A stretch of DNA of 49,617 nt, counting the filler, from Bipalium vagum (lineage: Eukaryota): assembly GCA_037834085.1 (NCBI GenBank). It is 2 parts of 2 records of this genome, joined end to end, with 100 filler letters (N's around TTAATTAATTAA, not from the genome) between each part and the next. Parts side by side here need not be neighbours in the genome. Positions count along the whole stretch, not along the records: positions 1 to 29,935 come from JBBMKC010012851.1; 1 more part is not named here. One strand, 5' to 3'. Both the position numbers and the translations under genes were made by a program. The notes under the pieces were generated by a model. That model was given only the letters and a program-made list of their open reading frames with translations, searched no databases and was not told where the DNA came from. This document shows positions 11,950 through 25,255 of this stretch, piece after piece; positions within the stretch are counted from its first letter, which is position 1, and each line of letters begins with the position of its first letter.

Positions 11950-13922
11950 CAATCCCAAGTAATTTAAAAATATTTCTATTCAGCTTTTCATTTTTATTGA
12001 TTTTATTTTTTAATTAATTGGTTTTCTTTTTATATTTTTTTCGAAGATTTTTATTTGACTTCCCTTTATAAAAATATTTGCAATGACATAAAATATTCGT
12101 TCCACTGTACGGTTTTTATTTTTTGGAAACTCAACAATGTTCAACTTTTTCTATACATTACAAAATCATCAAAAAATATTTGGTTATGTTTTATAATATA
12201 ATTTAATATAAAATTTATATTATTATAATTAAATGAATAATTTAAGTTGATTAAAATTATCAAAAATCCTGTTTAAGTGATATTAACTTATTCGTCATAC
12301 TTTACTAGAGCTCCTAATATGATCCAATCTATATTTTCCTTTTTAGTTTTTATAAATAGTGTAATCACGAAAAAATTAATAAAAAATTAAATCAATAAAA
12401 TTTTAATAATATTATTTTTTATATTAATACAAATGAATTATATTAAAATAATAATAATATAATAAAATGATAATAAATATTTAAAATTTAAAAATTCTTT
12501 ACAATAAATAAGTAAATATAAAATAATTATCATATATATCTGATATTTATATAAATAAAAAGTCATTAGCAATTTGAATATTGTATGTCTCATACGTACT
12601 TGTGAAATTAAAAACTCAATAAATTTTATAATTTTATTTTTTGAAAAAACATTTTAGATTTTAAATGAATTTAATGTGGGGTTTTGCTTTATTTTATAAG
12701 ATAACAGCGCGAATTATAAATGGAATTATTAATTCTAAAAAATTGAGCAAATTCAATATTAAAAAGTTTTACTTTATGTAAAGAAAGTAGGATATAGCTT
12801 TTGCAACGATTTTCTTTAAATTGAATAAAAACAGAATAGAATGCCGCAAATGTTCTTTCGTTGCTTCATATATTGACATATCGATTATTAAATATTTTGA
12901 AATTTGAAAATATTTTGACAATTTAAATTTTAACTTTAAAAAGCCTTATTAAAAAAATGACTAAAATGATAAAAAATCATTAAATATATATAGAAGAAAT
13001 AAATATTTACATTTTGAAAATTCACAGAATTAACTGTTACACCTAATATTAAAAAATTCGATAACATCGACTTATTAAAACAATTTAGCACGTACATTAA
13101 TTTTTCGGAAATTTTACTTTTTAGATAATTGTAAATTATATATAATTAATAGTAATATATAATATGCTGAGGTCCACAGTCTGATACTTACTTTATGCAC
13201 AGCTGTATAATAAAATACAGAAAAATGGTTACTATGTAATATAGCAAAATGCTAATTAAGTATACAAAATTACCATTTCTAAGTTGTATTGAATGAAATA
13301 TTTTCATTTAAGTTTCTACAAGAAAACGATACGACTGTGATAATTTATCTTTCAAATAAAATAATAAAATGAAATGTCTAACAAATTTTCTTTTTTAGGT
13401 ATAAAATTTTCATTTATTTTTAATGAAATAAAAATAATGGTTTATTTTCCTTTAAGAAAATGTCACAATAATTATTAAGTCTTCTTAGTGGTTAACATTA
13501 ATAAATGTTTAGCTAATTATCAAACCTGAAGTCTATTAACACAAGACTGAATTTTATGTACAAGGCCGATTGATGGGAGCCGATTTTATGAGGGTTTTTA
13601 ATTTAAAAATCATAATTTAAATAATATAAATTATAATAAAAGAAAATTTTAATTATAAAATTAATGTTAATTTAATAATTATTTCAAAATTGTATTAAAT
13701 AATATTAAATCTTTATGTTAAATAATATTAAATATAATAATTTAATTAAATAATTTTAAAATATAGGAAATAATTAAATTATTAATATTTTAATAGTAAT
13801 ACAGAACTAAAAGTCTCTTATGGTATGATAACTTAATTTATTTTTTAATTTAAAATTTTGCCATAATTATTTTTGGCATTTAATATAATTTTTAAAATAT
13901 TGATATTATAAAACTATTAATA

Positions 13923-14222
13923 TTATGGTGGTCGGAAAGTCTTTCGTAACTTTGTTTTGCTAATTTTTATTGTTTCATTAACAAATTATTAGTAAGTGTT
14001 ACATATCAAATTAAAGGATTTGTTTTACAGAATCAATTGGTATATTGATTCTTAGATTTTTATATAAATTCTTTATATTTTTCATACAGGAAATGAAAAC
14101 TAATAATTATGTATTTCTTGAACTTTTTCCAGTTAGGCCATAAAGTCTCAGAAGCGATCCTAAATGTCCGTAAAGCAAAAGGCGATGGCGGTGTTTAGCG
14201 AGCAACAGCTTTTAACTGGTAT
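13923..14222 (+). mobile_element. Mariner 5' fragment (TIR, UTR, first HTH)
   Basis: TIR-like TTATGGTGGTCGGAAAGTCTTTCG; FQLGHKVSEAILNVRKAKGDGGV*RATAFNWY. Confidence 0.8.
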
Positions 14223-15329
14223 ATTTATAATATTTAATATTACAGAACAAAAAGATTTAAAAATTTGATATAATTTTAAAATATGGATATTATTACAAAA
14301 ATTACTATATTTAAAATATTGATGTCAATAATAATAAAAATAATAATAATAAAAATATTTTCAATAATTTTATTTCTATCACCTCTGAATGTAAGAAAAA
14401 TTAGAAAATTAATTTAAAGTATTTAATTTCATTTGCATAACTGGTTAGAATAAAGTAACTCTCTCAAATTCATATTTGTTATAAAATATTTAAATTGTCA
14501 ATTAGCAGAGCGAGAGAAATTCAGAGATACATTAATCAACAGCGAAGATATTAATTAAAAACCATGAACATCTGCAAACATAATAATAAATCGATTTTAG
14601 TCATCACCAGTCATTATTTATGATGAATGAATTTTTTAAAGGGAAGCTAACTGAAATTTTAGACATTTAATCAATATATTGACTTTTTGGTTATTTTCTG
14701 ATATCCCAATAATTATTATCTTTCACGACTTGTTAAGAGGATAAATATTATTTCAGTGACTTATAGGAAATCAATATTGAGCAAAATAGCTTGATAATGG
14801 AAATTAAAAATAATTAAAAGAGTAATAATAATAACAATAACAATAATAATGATAATAAACCTAATAATAATGTTATACTTTATTATTATTATTTTCGTCA
14901 TAATGATAATAATTATTATTATTATAATTTTATATTTATTTTTATATTTATATTTTTATAATATTAATAATTATTTTTAATTTAACAACGAAAAAATTAA
15001 AGTGTACAATATAATCAAAATATAAAAATATCTATTAATACGAAAATATTTTACAATGTTTTCTCCTTATACATATGTATAGAAAGATGTAAATATTTAT
15101 AATGTACCTCATTCTGTGTCTGAATGAATAATAACATGAAATATTCTTATGTATAGAATGTCATATAGAATATCAAAGGTAAAACCTGGATAAATAGATA
15201 AATATTCTAAAAATCTAAAAATAAATGTTGTCAATAAATAATTATATTTTAAAATATCTCCAGTAATTATTCAAGAAAGGATAATCAAAATATAATACGT
15301 AAATTAATATAAAATCATTAAAAATTATA

Positions 15330-15790
15330 AGTGCTGGTCGATGATAAATATTATTTCACCAAATATACAATAAATATTACCATTGCTAAAACGGTAACCA
15401 ATCAATATATTCCAATTCAAAAGTTTCCAATTTTATTGTTTAAAAGTAATCTTTATTTAGCTTATGAAAAGGTCTACAAAGCTGAAAGGAATGAACATTT
15501 TCACCCAGTAAATTTTACAAAAGCTTCTAAAAGCATTTTTATTTGTGGAAAATGATCATAAATTAGATCATGAGTTACTTGTATTTTGAATCAATAATAT
15601 ATATGATCTGTTGTGTAAATTGGATTGACAAAAAGATTCTCGCCTCCTTTCTCTTCTGAAGAACTATCAAATTTTATATTTGAAGAATGGCGGAATATTT
15701 CATTTCACACGATTCCATACTTATGCGAAGATATTCCAGGACGAATGGAATCTTTTACTATTAAACATTACAATTATACCAAATCATATC
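15330..15790 (+). mobile_element. Tc1-like relic
   Basis: TIR-like AGTGCTGGTC at the start; C-terminal PPFSSEELSNFIFEEWRNISFHTIPYLCEDIPGRMES..YTK fits 'EEWxxIP...IPRRxxAVI..TKY'. Confidence 0.6.
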
Positions 15791-15856
15791 GAATGCATAG
15801 TATGCAGACAGAAGTACAAAAAATGTTCTATTGGCCAGATATGAAAGTCGACAAAT
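15790..15856 (+). mobile_element. Tiny possible Gypsy integrase zinc-finger fragment
   Basis: KMFYWPDMKVD resembles the 'YWPxMxxD' motif; very short. Confidence 0.3.
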
Positions 15857-15899
15857 TTATTTATTTGATAAAGCTGTTTTAATCAACTAATTTGATATA

Positions 15900-16975
15900 T
15901 TATTTACCTAAGCTTGATTTAGTTTAGAAATAATAAATCTTTAGAAAATGTTATAAAATATATAGAGCGCGGTTTGTTTATTATACGATTTCAAATAAGG
16001 TAAAACCTCCGCTGATTTACATTAAAATTTGTGTTATGTATTAGGAGTATTCGCAAGTATTACGCTAATATCAGTGATGGTTTTGGGGTTTCCAAGATGG
16101 TGATGAAAGTCTTGGACGAAAAACATCAACGTCGTCCTCACATCGTGGATAACGGATCAATAAAAGAAATCATCAAGTTGTTTCCTTGCCGAGCTACTTG
16201 TGGCTTTCAGGAAAGTCTGGTTGCTCTTTTATTACTATTGAAAACCAACTGGAAAAAATAGAAGCGGAAACTTGGTTCCGCACGAACTTTACAATCACAA
16301 CAAAACGTCACAAATAACAAATTCTGGAATTCTTCTAAGCTAACCTATGAGCAGCAGATTTCTTAATTGAATTGTAGTGTCATATGAAAAATGGATATCA
16401 TAAAATAATACAAGAAGCAACAGTAGCTAGATGTTAGTGAACAAACAAAGCCGACTCCAACGCCAGATATTCATGGATTCAAGGTCATGGTTTATGTATG
16501 GTGAAACAGCAAAGGTTTGGTATATTTTGAGCTGCTGGATAAGGGTCAGACGATTAATGCAAAACTTTACACAGAACAACTCATCTATGTGGACTTTGCG
16601 CGTCAAACTATAAATATCTCCAAAACAAAATTTCTCCATACAGGGTCGCCAACACATTGCAAACAAAAATTCATTAAACTTGTGCTATTCGTCCTTTAGT
16701 CTAGACCTAGCTCCATCAGATTACCATATATTCAGATCGATGTAACATTCTTTAAACAATAAAATATTTAAAAACAACGAGGTCAAAATATGGCTGCCAC
16801 ACCTTTTCGAATCACAGTCAGAAGACTTTTAAAAGAAAAGCATCTTTTCTTTGCATCAACGATGGTTGAGATTCGTTGACAATAAGGAAGAATATCTTTT
16901 GAAATGAAAATGTTTTATTGTTTCTGAAATAAATTTATTTTTTATAGAAAAAACTTTTATACCTGGCCAACCTAA
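15900..16975 (+). mobile_element. Near full-length but heavily decayed mariner (DD34D)
   Basis: LLYDFK*GK; WVPHEL at ~16272; VYFELLDKGQTINAKLY; SLDLAPSDYHIFRSM; right TIR ...GGCCAACCTAA|TA. Confidence 0.9.
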
Positions 16976-17280
16976 TAATTTTTTGATGTCTTAATCAGTT
17001 CGATAATCTAAACATGTCACACAGAGATCATTTTCTAATTGACAATGAAGGGTTACAAATTAAATCTTAAGGTGGCTGGGCAATAAATTAGTTAGATTTT
17101 CTGGTTTTGGATATATTTTTATATTGTTGAAAGTTTTACGATTATGTTTAATGGAATCAGGAAAAGAGGAAATTCAATTCAACCAGTTCTATTTTTACAA
17201 GTAACATCCTAAACAGTAAAAGAATTACACTACAAAATGGACTTTCTTTTTAAGTGTAAGTGAAATATAAACTAATGACG

Positions 17281-17340
17281 AAGTTTAATACCAAGATCAA
17301 ATTTGATCAATGATCCAACTTGATCTTGGTAATTAAGCTT
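17281..17340. repeat. 60-nt imperfect palindrome/hairpin
   Basis: AAGTTTAATACCAAGATCAAATTTGATC pairs with GATCCAACTTGATCTTGGTAATTAAGCTT. Confidence 0.85.
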
Positions 17341-17789
17341 GGTGATAAAATGAAAGATTGACAGTGTCCCAAATAAATATGTACAAAGGATACTGTAAAA
17401 CACGGATTATGGACGTAAACTGTTGGCAGACTCTCATGTCTTGCATGATTGAGAAATTATTCTTTATCCATTTCTAATCCTTTTTTATGTATCGGAAAAT
17501 GGTAATGAAATGTAAATTTTCAATTTATAAAAATATATCCGAAGAATAACTGTTTTCTAAATAGTTAATATACACTTCTCGAGTTCATCAGGAAATTCAA
17601 GTAGAATTATTACGTTCATGCATTGAAAGTGAGCCTTTTTAACAATATTGTTTCTTTATTTAATAAGTAATATAAATATTAAGTAAACATAAGACGAAAA
17701 AGATAATATATTCCAAATATCTTCCATCGTTAATAATAACTTTCTCTTATTAAGGAATCTGGTGAATTTCCATATAAAAAAATATGCAT

Positions 17790-18010
17790 CTTTTATCCAC
17801 GGCGCTCTTTATCTTCCACCATAAACTCGCCCTTTCGGAAACGTGAAAACCATCTTTTATAAGCAGTTTTTGATAGATCATTGTCCCCGTACGCTCCAAC
17901 ACGAATTCTGTGAAATTCTGCTGATGATTATTTGATAGCAAAATAAAATAGTATCACTTGACACAAATTTTGCTTATTTGCTATATAAACTGCCATCTAA
18001 AAAAGAATTA
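17790..18010 (-). mobile_element. Mariner (Mos1-like) N-terminal fragment
   Basis: VILFYFAIK*SSAEFHRIRVGAYGDNDLSKTAYKRWFSRFRKGEFMVEDKERRG. Confidence 0.85.
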
Positions 18011-18777
18011 AAATAAGATATATAGTTTAAGACATCAGAATATGTTTTTAGAGATTATTTTTGAAAAATGCATAAACAATATATATTAAAATAGTTTATT
18101 TAAACAAATGAATACATTTTCTTCAGAAAGTAAAAGTTAGAGAAGGAAGAGTTCCTATTGTAGAGAGACTTTCTAAACAAGTAAATAAATTATATTATAT
18201 ATTATGTAAACAATCAGAAGTCGTATTCAATGTTTTTAGGATATGATGGAGTGTTTAATTTATTTATGGAGAGAAATTCTCCCTAGTATTAGGTAATTTG
18301 TTTGGTCCATCGCTGGGTTTATAACATAATCGAAAATCGCAGAATAATCAGGAATATCGGAAAAGTAATTACTCAAGCCTGCACCCAAGAACAATTACTT
18401 CTACTGTAATTAGGATTAAAATCATATGGCTTTAAAACTTGTTACTCTCATTCGTTAAAATTGATTTTACATTCCTCAAATATATTAATTATTATTCCTG
18501 TTCTTTTGCTCTCAACAGAATTATTCTAAAATAACACTTTTGTGAAATTATAAATAATTATTTCAATTTCATTTAGTACTAAAAATTTCTTTATAATCTC
18601 ATTAAAGCATCTATTATCAGTTGTGTCTATTTTATCTCATTATATGAGACAAAACTTATTAATATCAGAAATATTATTTTGTTAATATTTATAGTGATCA
18701 ATTCCAATAGGAACCGATTTCAAAATCTGATGGTTTTGTTTGCTAAAACGTCCGCTTAAAAATTAAAAGCATGTATA

Positions 18778-19545
18778 TTAGTTTTGATCAACTATACACT
18801 TTTTTAGATAGCTGCCATCCAAAGAGATACATTTGGCATATCTCGTTTTGAGTTTTCGAACAACAAAAGAAGAAATTTGTTGCAGATTTTGACAGTTTTC
18901 ATCATGGCAAGCTTCGTTGCATCGAAATTTTGAAAATGTTTACCATGAGGAGGGTTTTTCAAATCATTAAAAAGGTAATAATCTCTGGATGCTAAATCTT
19001 CCTGAATTGTCCTCGAACAAACTTTGACGGGTACTATCAAATCGATGATTTCATTTATACACCAGATAATTTTATCATAGTATTTTCACCAACGATAGCA
19101 ATTAGGCGTTGCACTATTTTGCTTGCAGCAACTCCTTCTTTTCAGTGAAAAAACACGATAGTTCTTTGATTGCTGACCTCTTCTATTGTATAATACTAAG
19201 AAAAATATTGACACCTTCATTCAGTGTGTATGGCTCACACAATAATCGATTTTAAGTTTGTTTGATTTAATTAAATTTTGCTTTGTACTTCTTAGATTCT
19301 CAATTTATGATTTAGCAATGTTGACTCATTACCAAAGTTTCCGCGAAATTTAAAAACACCTCTAGTTTATTCAATTTATAATTCAGGTTTCGAATTATCT
19401 ACCCATCATTTGTCTTTTTATTTATGTGTGCCTCCATAATCTGATCTATAAAATTATACAAATCAGCACTATATCAACTAAATCTCAATTATTAAGTGAA
19501 AAATTTAAAAAAAGAAAACAGGCATAAAAAAATTAGATCAAATAA
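18778..19545 (-). mobile_element. Internally deleted, decayed mariner
   Basis: DLASRDYYLFNDLK..GKHF (ORF 18804-19040); RYAKCISLDGSY in a shifted frame; TIR-like ends TTAGTTTTGATCAA and AGATCAAATAA. Confidence 0.75.
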
Positions 19546-20764
19546 TGAGTACTTTAATGAATACTATTTATTGTTTGTTCATTGTGTAGTTGTACTTTCA
19601 TATCTCTGGATCGAACATTTCATCTGAAAACATCTACCAGAATTTATAACACACATGTTTTGATTAGAATAATGCAAAAATTATAAAAGTACAACAATGA
19701 TGCCTTCCAACAGAACATTACCTTGTACTCCTCATTATTGATATCACGTAAAATAAATAAAATTTTCGAAACCTTTTTTTATTTCCACCTCATTTACACT
19801 AATGAAAATGTGAAAACGATAAATCAACCATTATCATTTCGTCAATGTTCACAAATATATATAATTAAAACAAACAAATAACATTTAATAAAACATTTAA
19901 CAGATATATAATTGAATTGAAACATATATTCCAATATGGAAAAAGAAACGGTTATCAATATGAAAAAAATAAATAAATAACAAATTTAATTAAAATAAGT
20001 AAGCATCGATAAATTATATTAAAATGTGTAATTACTTTTGGGGATGAAATTAAAATTCATCCATGATATAATTAATTGCGAAAGCTTCACATTCCCCAGT
20101 GACATATTTTGGAGTTGTTCTCAATTCCTATTAATAAAACGATCATCCTTGCAACTGGCCAACGTTCCATGAACCAAGCACGGTCTTGGATTATTATGAC
20201 AAGAATATGAGTCATGGGAGAGCTGATGAAAAATTGATGTCTCAAATAACTGCTAATAAAGACCCAGGAGAGTAGAGTCGAAAAATAATTATATTTTTTT
20301 AAAAAAAATTCAATAAAATATTTCCATTGAAATAATAATATTGGACCTTCGACGGAGAAAAAATGACATATATACATATGTCTATATTTGTTCTGTTTTT
20401 CTCTTGAAAATTGGATAAAAATTATAAATATTTTAATTTTTATACATGATCATAAACAAAGAAATAAATTGGATTAAATAAATTTTTTTTGTTTTAATTG
20501 ATTTAATAAAAATAGCAATAAATTTTGATTGTAGACATCTTCAATTCACATGGGAAATTTCCAATAATGGCTTCAGAGAAAATGTCAAACAAATACATTA
20601 TTTTGTTGAATGATAAAGTCTCTGAATTAATTTAAATTTCCATGGAATGTGTTCATATATTTATATGTATAAATATATATAGGAAAATAAAATGTGAAGT
20701 AACATACTCAACTGATGTAACATGTCGGAAACTAAACTTTATTAATATCATTATTTTTTTTTCT

Positions 20765-21736
20765 TATTGATAGGTCTTGTAGAACATTTTCTCCCGAATA
20801 CAATTTCGGTCAGACTTATCCAAATTGTCTTTTGCACTGTCGATTTAAGAGTAAATTTTACCACCGTGATAATATCGGCCCAATTATTTTATTTCTCTTT
20901 CGCTTCAGGTTAGCATATGGTTCTGAATTGTCTCTTTATTTTGTCATGAGTACTGTGAAGGTGATTATGAAATGGAGTTCGACATTCAGTTTCCTTGCAA
21001 ACTCATTAATGACTTGGTTCACATTAATTCTTCATTCAAACTTTATTATAATGATGCCCTGCGCTGCTCAAAGAAACTAAAATATTTCCCAAGATGCTTT
21101 GCGTTTTTGGTTGTCATATCGAATTCGCGTCTAGTCTCCTGTGAAAATCATATGGAAGAAAAATTTTCTTTGTTCTCTGAAAGTGGGTATCAAAAATTGT
21201 AAGTCGCCTTTCAATATTTATTTTCTTCAATCTATGTGGGAGCCATTTCCCTAATTTTCTAATTATTATCATACCTATCAGATGTTGGGAAATGCATCCC
21301 TGGCTCACATTTAAAACAATGGACAGTTTGGTTTGCGTTTGAAATGGGTCTTCGTGTAGTAATTGTGCCAATTCTTCATCTTCAAACACTTTTTGCGGTC
21401 TGCTATGCTATTTGTCAATGATTTCGTAATCTTCATTCCTGAATCGGCAAAAATATTCTTTGCATGTCTTAGCGGAAAGAGCATATTTGTCATAAAGTTC
21501 TACCAACAAACACAGATTTTCTTTGCGAAAAAAGTCATGCAACGTTATTTGAAGAAAATTGCCCATTTTGAATTTCTTTAATATTTAAAAAATATCTATT
21601 TAAGTAAAGTTATATGTTCTTATTGAATTATTGATATTTGATCTTACAAATAATATATGATACAAATTTAATTTATTCATTGAACCACAAATTTTAACTC
21701 ATTTTGTAAAAGCCAGAATCATACTAGTACACCTAA
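20765..21736 (-). mobile_element. Mos1-like mariner, 3'-truncated
   Basis: FEDEELAQLLHEDPFQTQ..LGKWLPHRL (ORF 21114-21389); 5' TIR TTAGGTGTACTAGTATGATTCTGGCTTTT with flanking TA. Confidence 0.9.
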
Positions 21737-21739
21737 TAC

Positions 21740-21804
21740 ATTTATTTTGATTGATAATTTTGCATTTTAAGAAGGGTGTACAAATACTTTCCGACGGTAG
21801 TGTA
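21740..21804. mobile_element. Tc1-like terminal inverted repeat remnant
   Basis: Reverse complement reads TA|CACTACCGTCGGAAAGTATTTGTACACCC. Confidence 0.55.
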
Positions 21805-21829
21805 TATAACTACCTAAATACATATAGAA

Positions 21830-22550
21830 GAGTGGATGAAGACCGATTAATCAACGTTGGATGTTTCACTCAAACTTTATCTATCATGATTTGTAGTTCC
21901 AAGAAAAAATGTAACTATTGTGCCCGGTTCGATAAAACAGTAGAGTATAAGATCAAATAACCACCTAAAACTGACCATTAATTTTTTCCCGTGGTTAATG
22001 TTCCAATGCTTCACTCCGATTCAAGCATTGTGTAGGACGTTTTCAATTAACATCTACGACCCATTTTTATGACATATAATAAAAATTATTCCAAAATTAA
22101 TTTTATTAGGAATTAAAAGAACAAGATATATTTCAACAAGAGCTCTTTCTGTAAATCGTTTAAGTCGTGTGGAACCCATTTTCAAATTTTCGATTTTATT
22201 AATTTCAGATAAATGGTATAACATTGTTTTGCTGATCACACCAAATCTTGTTGCCAATTTTGACAAAGACTGGAATGAATTCATTTTAATCAATGCCTTC
22301 ATTTCGTAATTATTGTCCCCAGGTTGGCTTCGAACTATAAGTTTGCTGGTCATTTTCCATTCAAACATTTCGTTTATGTTTCTTGCTGTTTCCTTTTCAG
22401 CTATAAATCGATCTACTTCGATAAACGAAGAGAATATTTAAAATTGAAGTTAATATAAGAAGCCTAACTATATGTTCATAAAATAAAACCATAAGTACTA
22501 TAAATCACACGAAAAACAGAATGCGGAAAAACTTCGAGTGACAACTTTTA
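21830..22550 (-). mobile_element. Decayed mariner
   Basis: RSQP.DN.EMKALI..QSLSKLATRFGV..HL; KWVPHDL at ~22170; EKW motif downstream. Confidence 0.75.
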
Positions 22551-22639
22551 TTTATAATAGTTTCACTTTGTTGTTACTATAAATAGTTTCTGCATAACAA
22601 ATTTTATTCTTTATAACATTCTATACTAGAACGTTGTTT

Positions 22640-23270
22640 TCAGTTTTATTTTTAGAAAAACATAAAGCTGAACACAGAGCGAATAGAAACCATTGAAGGA
22701 TATTAAGATAGTTATACAGATTTCGAGAGGTCTTGGTGTTCCAAAACAAAGATTTTCTGAGAATATTAAGCGTTTTAATGAGTGCTTTATGGCTTGAAAA
22801 CGAAGCGGAAGAACAAAAACAGCTCGACCTTGTGTAACCATTAATCGTATCGAACAGAAAATTCAAAGAGATACCAAAAAAGACCGGATGAAGTAATTGA
22901 CGAAAAAAGTGTTCAGTAAATTGTGAAAAAGGATTTAAATTTGAAGAGCTATAAAAAACAAGCTTGCTATTTACTAAATACAGAATTGATAATAAAGCGT
23001 AAATAAAGATGTTAAACTCTGCTACGACGCTTTCAAAACAGCTCTCACAAGTCCATTGTTTTTTCAGACGAAAAGCTTTTTTGCGTCAATGAAAAGTTTA
23101 GCAAGCAAAATGATCGAGTGATAGCTAAGAATATCAAGGACACTAACAAGCATGGAAAAATTTTCGGAGAGAAAGCTTTTGCAAAGTCGATAATGGTATG
23201 GTATATGTAATTTTGTGATTTAAAATAGAGCGGCTGAGTATAAAAAACGGTATCTTCACAGGTAAACACT
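22640..23270 (+). mobile_element. maT (DD37D-type) 5' half
   Basis: ISRGLGVPKQ..IKRFNE..RSGRTKTAR..IVKKDLNLKSYK..IVFSDEKLFCVNEKFSKQNDRV..SIMVW. The third catalytic residue is absent, so the family is assigned from motif style. Confidence 0.8.
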
Positions 23271-24789
23271 TAATAACAATTTTATTAAGCATCAAAACAG
23301 TGGCAGAAAATAAAAATCAATCTACGGAATTCTAATCGATTTTCTTTGAAAATTGAAAAATTTTCCCAATGATTTTAGAAAATCGATTTTTAAATATATA
23401 TTAATTTTTATGTATATTTAAATATAAAATAAAATTATCATTATCGATTTTTAATTAACCATTAAAAATTGATGAATGATTTTTTAATTTTACATTTAAA
23501 GATCTGTAATAAATTATTATTAAAAGAGAAATAAAATTATTTTATTACCCTTTTTCCTGGGTTTACAAATATTCGAAAATCACATTGAAATATTTTAATA
23601 ATTTTAAGAAATTTTCTGATCAATAAAAGATTCGTTGAAATGTTAATCCTGAGTTAATTAATTAATAAAATTAAAGATAAATTTATAATTTATATAAAAT
23701 TTATGAATTCTGAGCTGTCCTTGAATAAAATCTTGTCGTTTGATGAAAATTTTAATTTTTGAAATTTATTTATATTATAATTAAAACACTTTGGGATTTT
23801 TATAATATTATTTTTATAATAAACAATACTTATTACAAGTCAAGTCATTAATGGAAAAAGATTTACATCTGTCTATTTTCTCTCGTCGAAAATAATTTTT
23901 AATGTGAATATATAATAAATTATATTATAATTAATAATATATATTGATTTTTCCTTTTATTAAAAAATACGTCGGAATTTAAGAAAAAACCATACAGTGA
24001 TCATGGAAATGTGAAAGTAAGGAAGATATCAGAATCTCTTCGAATCTATCACATATGTATTCTCACAATCCTTGAAAAGCTCAAGAAATATTAAATTTCA
24101 ATTCTCCCTGAATTTTGAGAATAATAAAAATTAATTCAAAAACAAGATTTTCTGTTATTAAAAAATCATACTTCTCTCTTATTCTAAACACATATTTTTC
24201 CTGTTTCCGTTAACAAGAATATTTTCTTTTATAAATTATTTTCTTTAAAATAAAATGCCAAACAAATACGTGAAATTACATAAAGGGCTAAAATAAACGA
24301 ATAATACTGATACAAGTGTATACAAGTGATACTTATTTTATATTTAATTAAGTAAAATAATAACTAATAATAATTAATAAAAAATAATATTTTTAACATT
24401 GTTTATATGTAAATATTCTCTCACTGTGACCAGGTGCAACTATCACTTTATTGACAATAACTCACGCAGTAAGAAGATAGTCTTTATTTTTCTCCAATGC
24501 ACAAAATTACATAATAAATGTCAACAAGGTTCTCAACAGCAATGTGATCAACGTTGACTCATTTGTCAACAATTTCCAAGTGCTATCTAAAAGACATTTA
24601 TCACATTAATTAGGTATTACGTCAATAGCTTACTTTCAATACTGGCCTTTCGTTTGATTCAAGATACACTGGAAATAACAATACTGAAAATAATTAATAT
24701 GAAAGTTATCAAATGGTCATACAATAATTACAACACTGATTATTCACAAGATAATAATAAATTAAAGAAAAATAACCAGTATAATAGTG

Positions 24790-25255
24790 AAATGAAAGGG
24801 TCTCACTACGGATGATCTGAACCGACCATGTATCTGGGTCGGTGACAATTTGCCAACCAAGGTCCACGGAAGATGGGAGCCTATTAAAATAACTGTACTA
24901 ATACATACTTGATCTGTTTCTAAGGAGCTCTGTAGCTTTTAACCGACACGTCTTTTTCAATACGAACAAAAATCTTATTATCCTGCCATTTTCAATATTA
25001 AACAAAATATTCACTGTGAGACCTCTCTCTAGCTCTCTCTGGCCAATTATCACAGTTTCAGAACCCAGACATTTCTCTTTAAGCAGCTTTATCAGAGGTT
25101 TTTCTTTATTGCTCTTTAGAACCCTTTATATTCTCTCAGGGAGGACGAATGAAAATGAAATTGTGTTGTAAGTACTGATGATCCCTTATTACTTTACAGC
25201 ATAAAACTTCGTTCAGTGGTCCAATGATACTCTTTAAAGATAAAGTGTTATAACA
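24790..25255 (-). mobile_element. Putative LTR (~24882-25255) with PBS-like leader
   Basis: Minus strand starts TGTTATAAC, contains TATAAA and AATAAA, ends TTTTAATA, then GGCTCCCATCTT (degenerate TGGCGCCCA-like PBS). GC is above that of the flanks. Confidence 0.35.

Noticed and set aside
13170-13215. 11-nt minus-strand micro-exon (TACAG|CTGTGCATAAA|GTAAGT)
   Set aside because: No neighbouring exons support it, and such motifs are expected by chance.
20087-20377. 96-aa ORF or retroelement integrase tail
   Set aside because: No diagnostic motif that I can defend.
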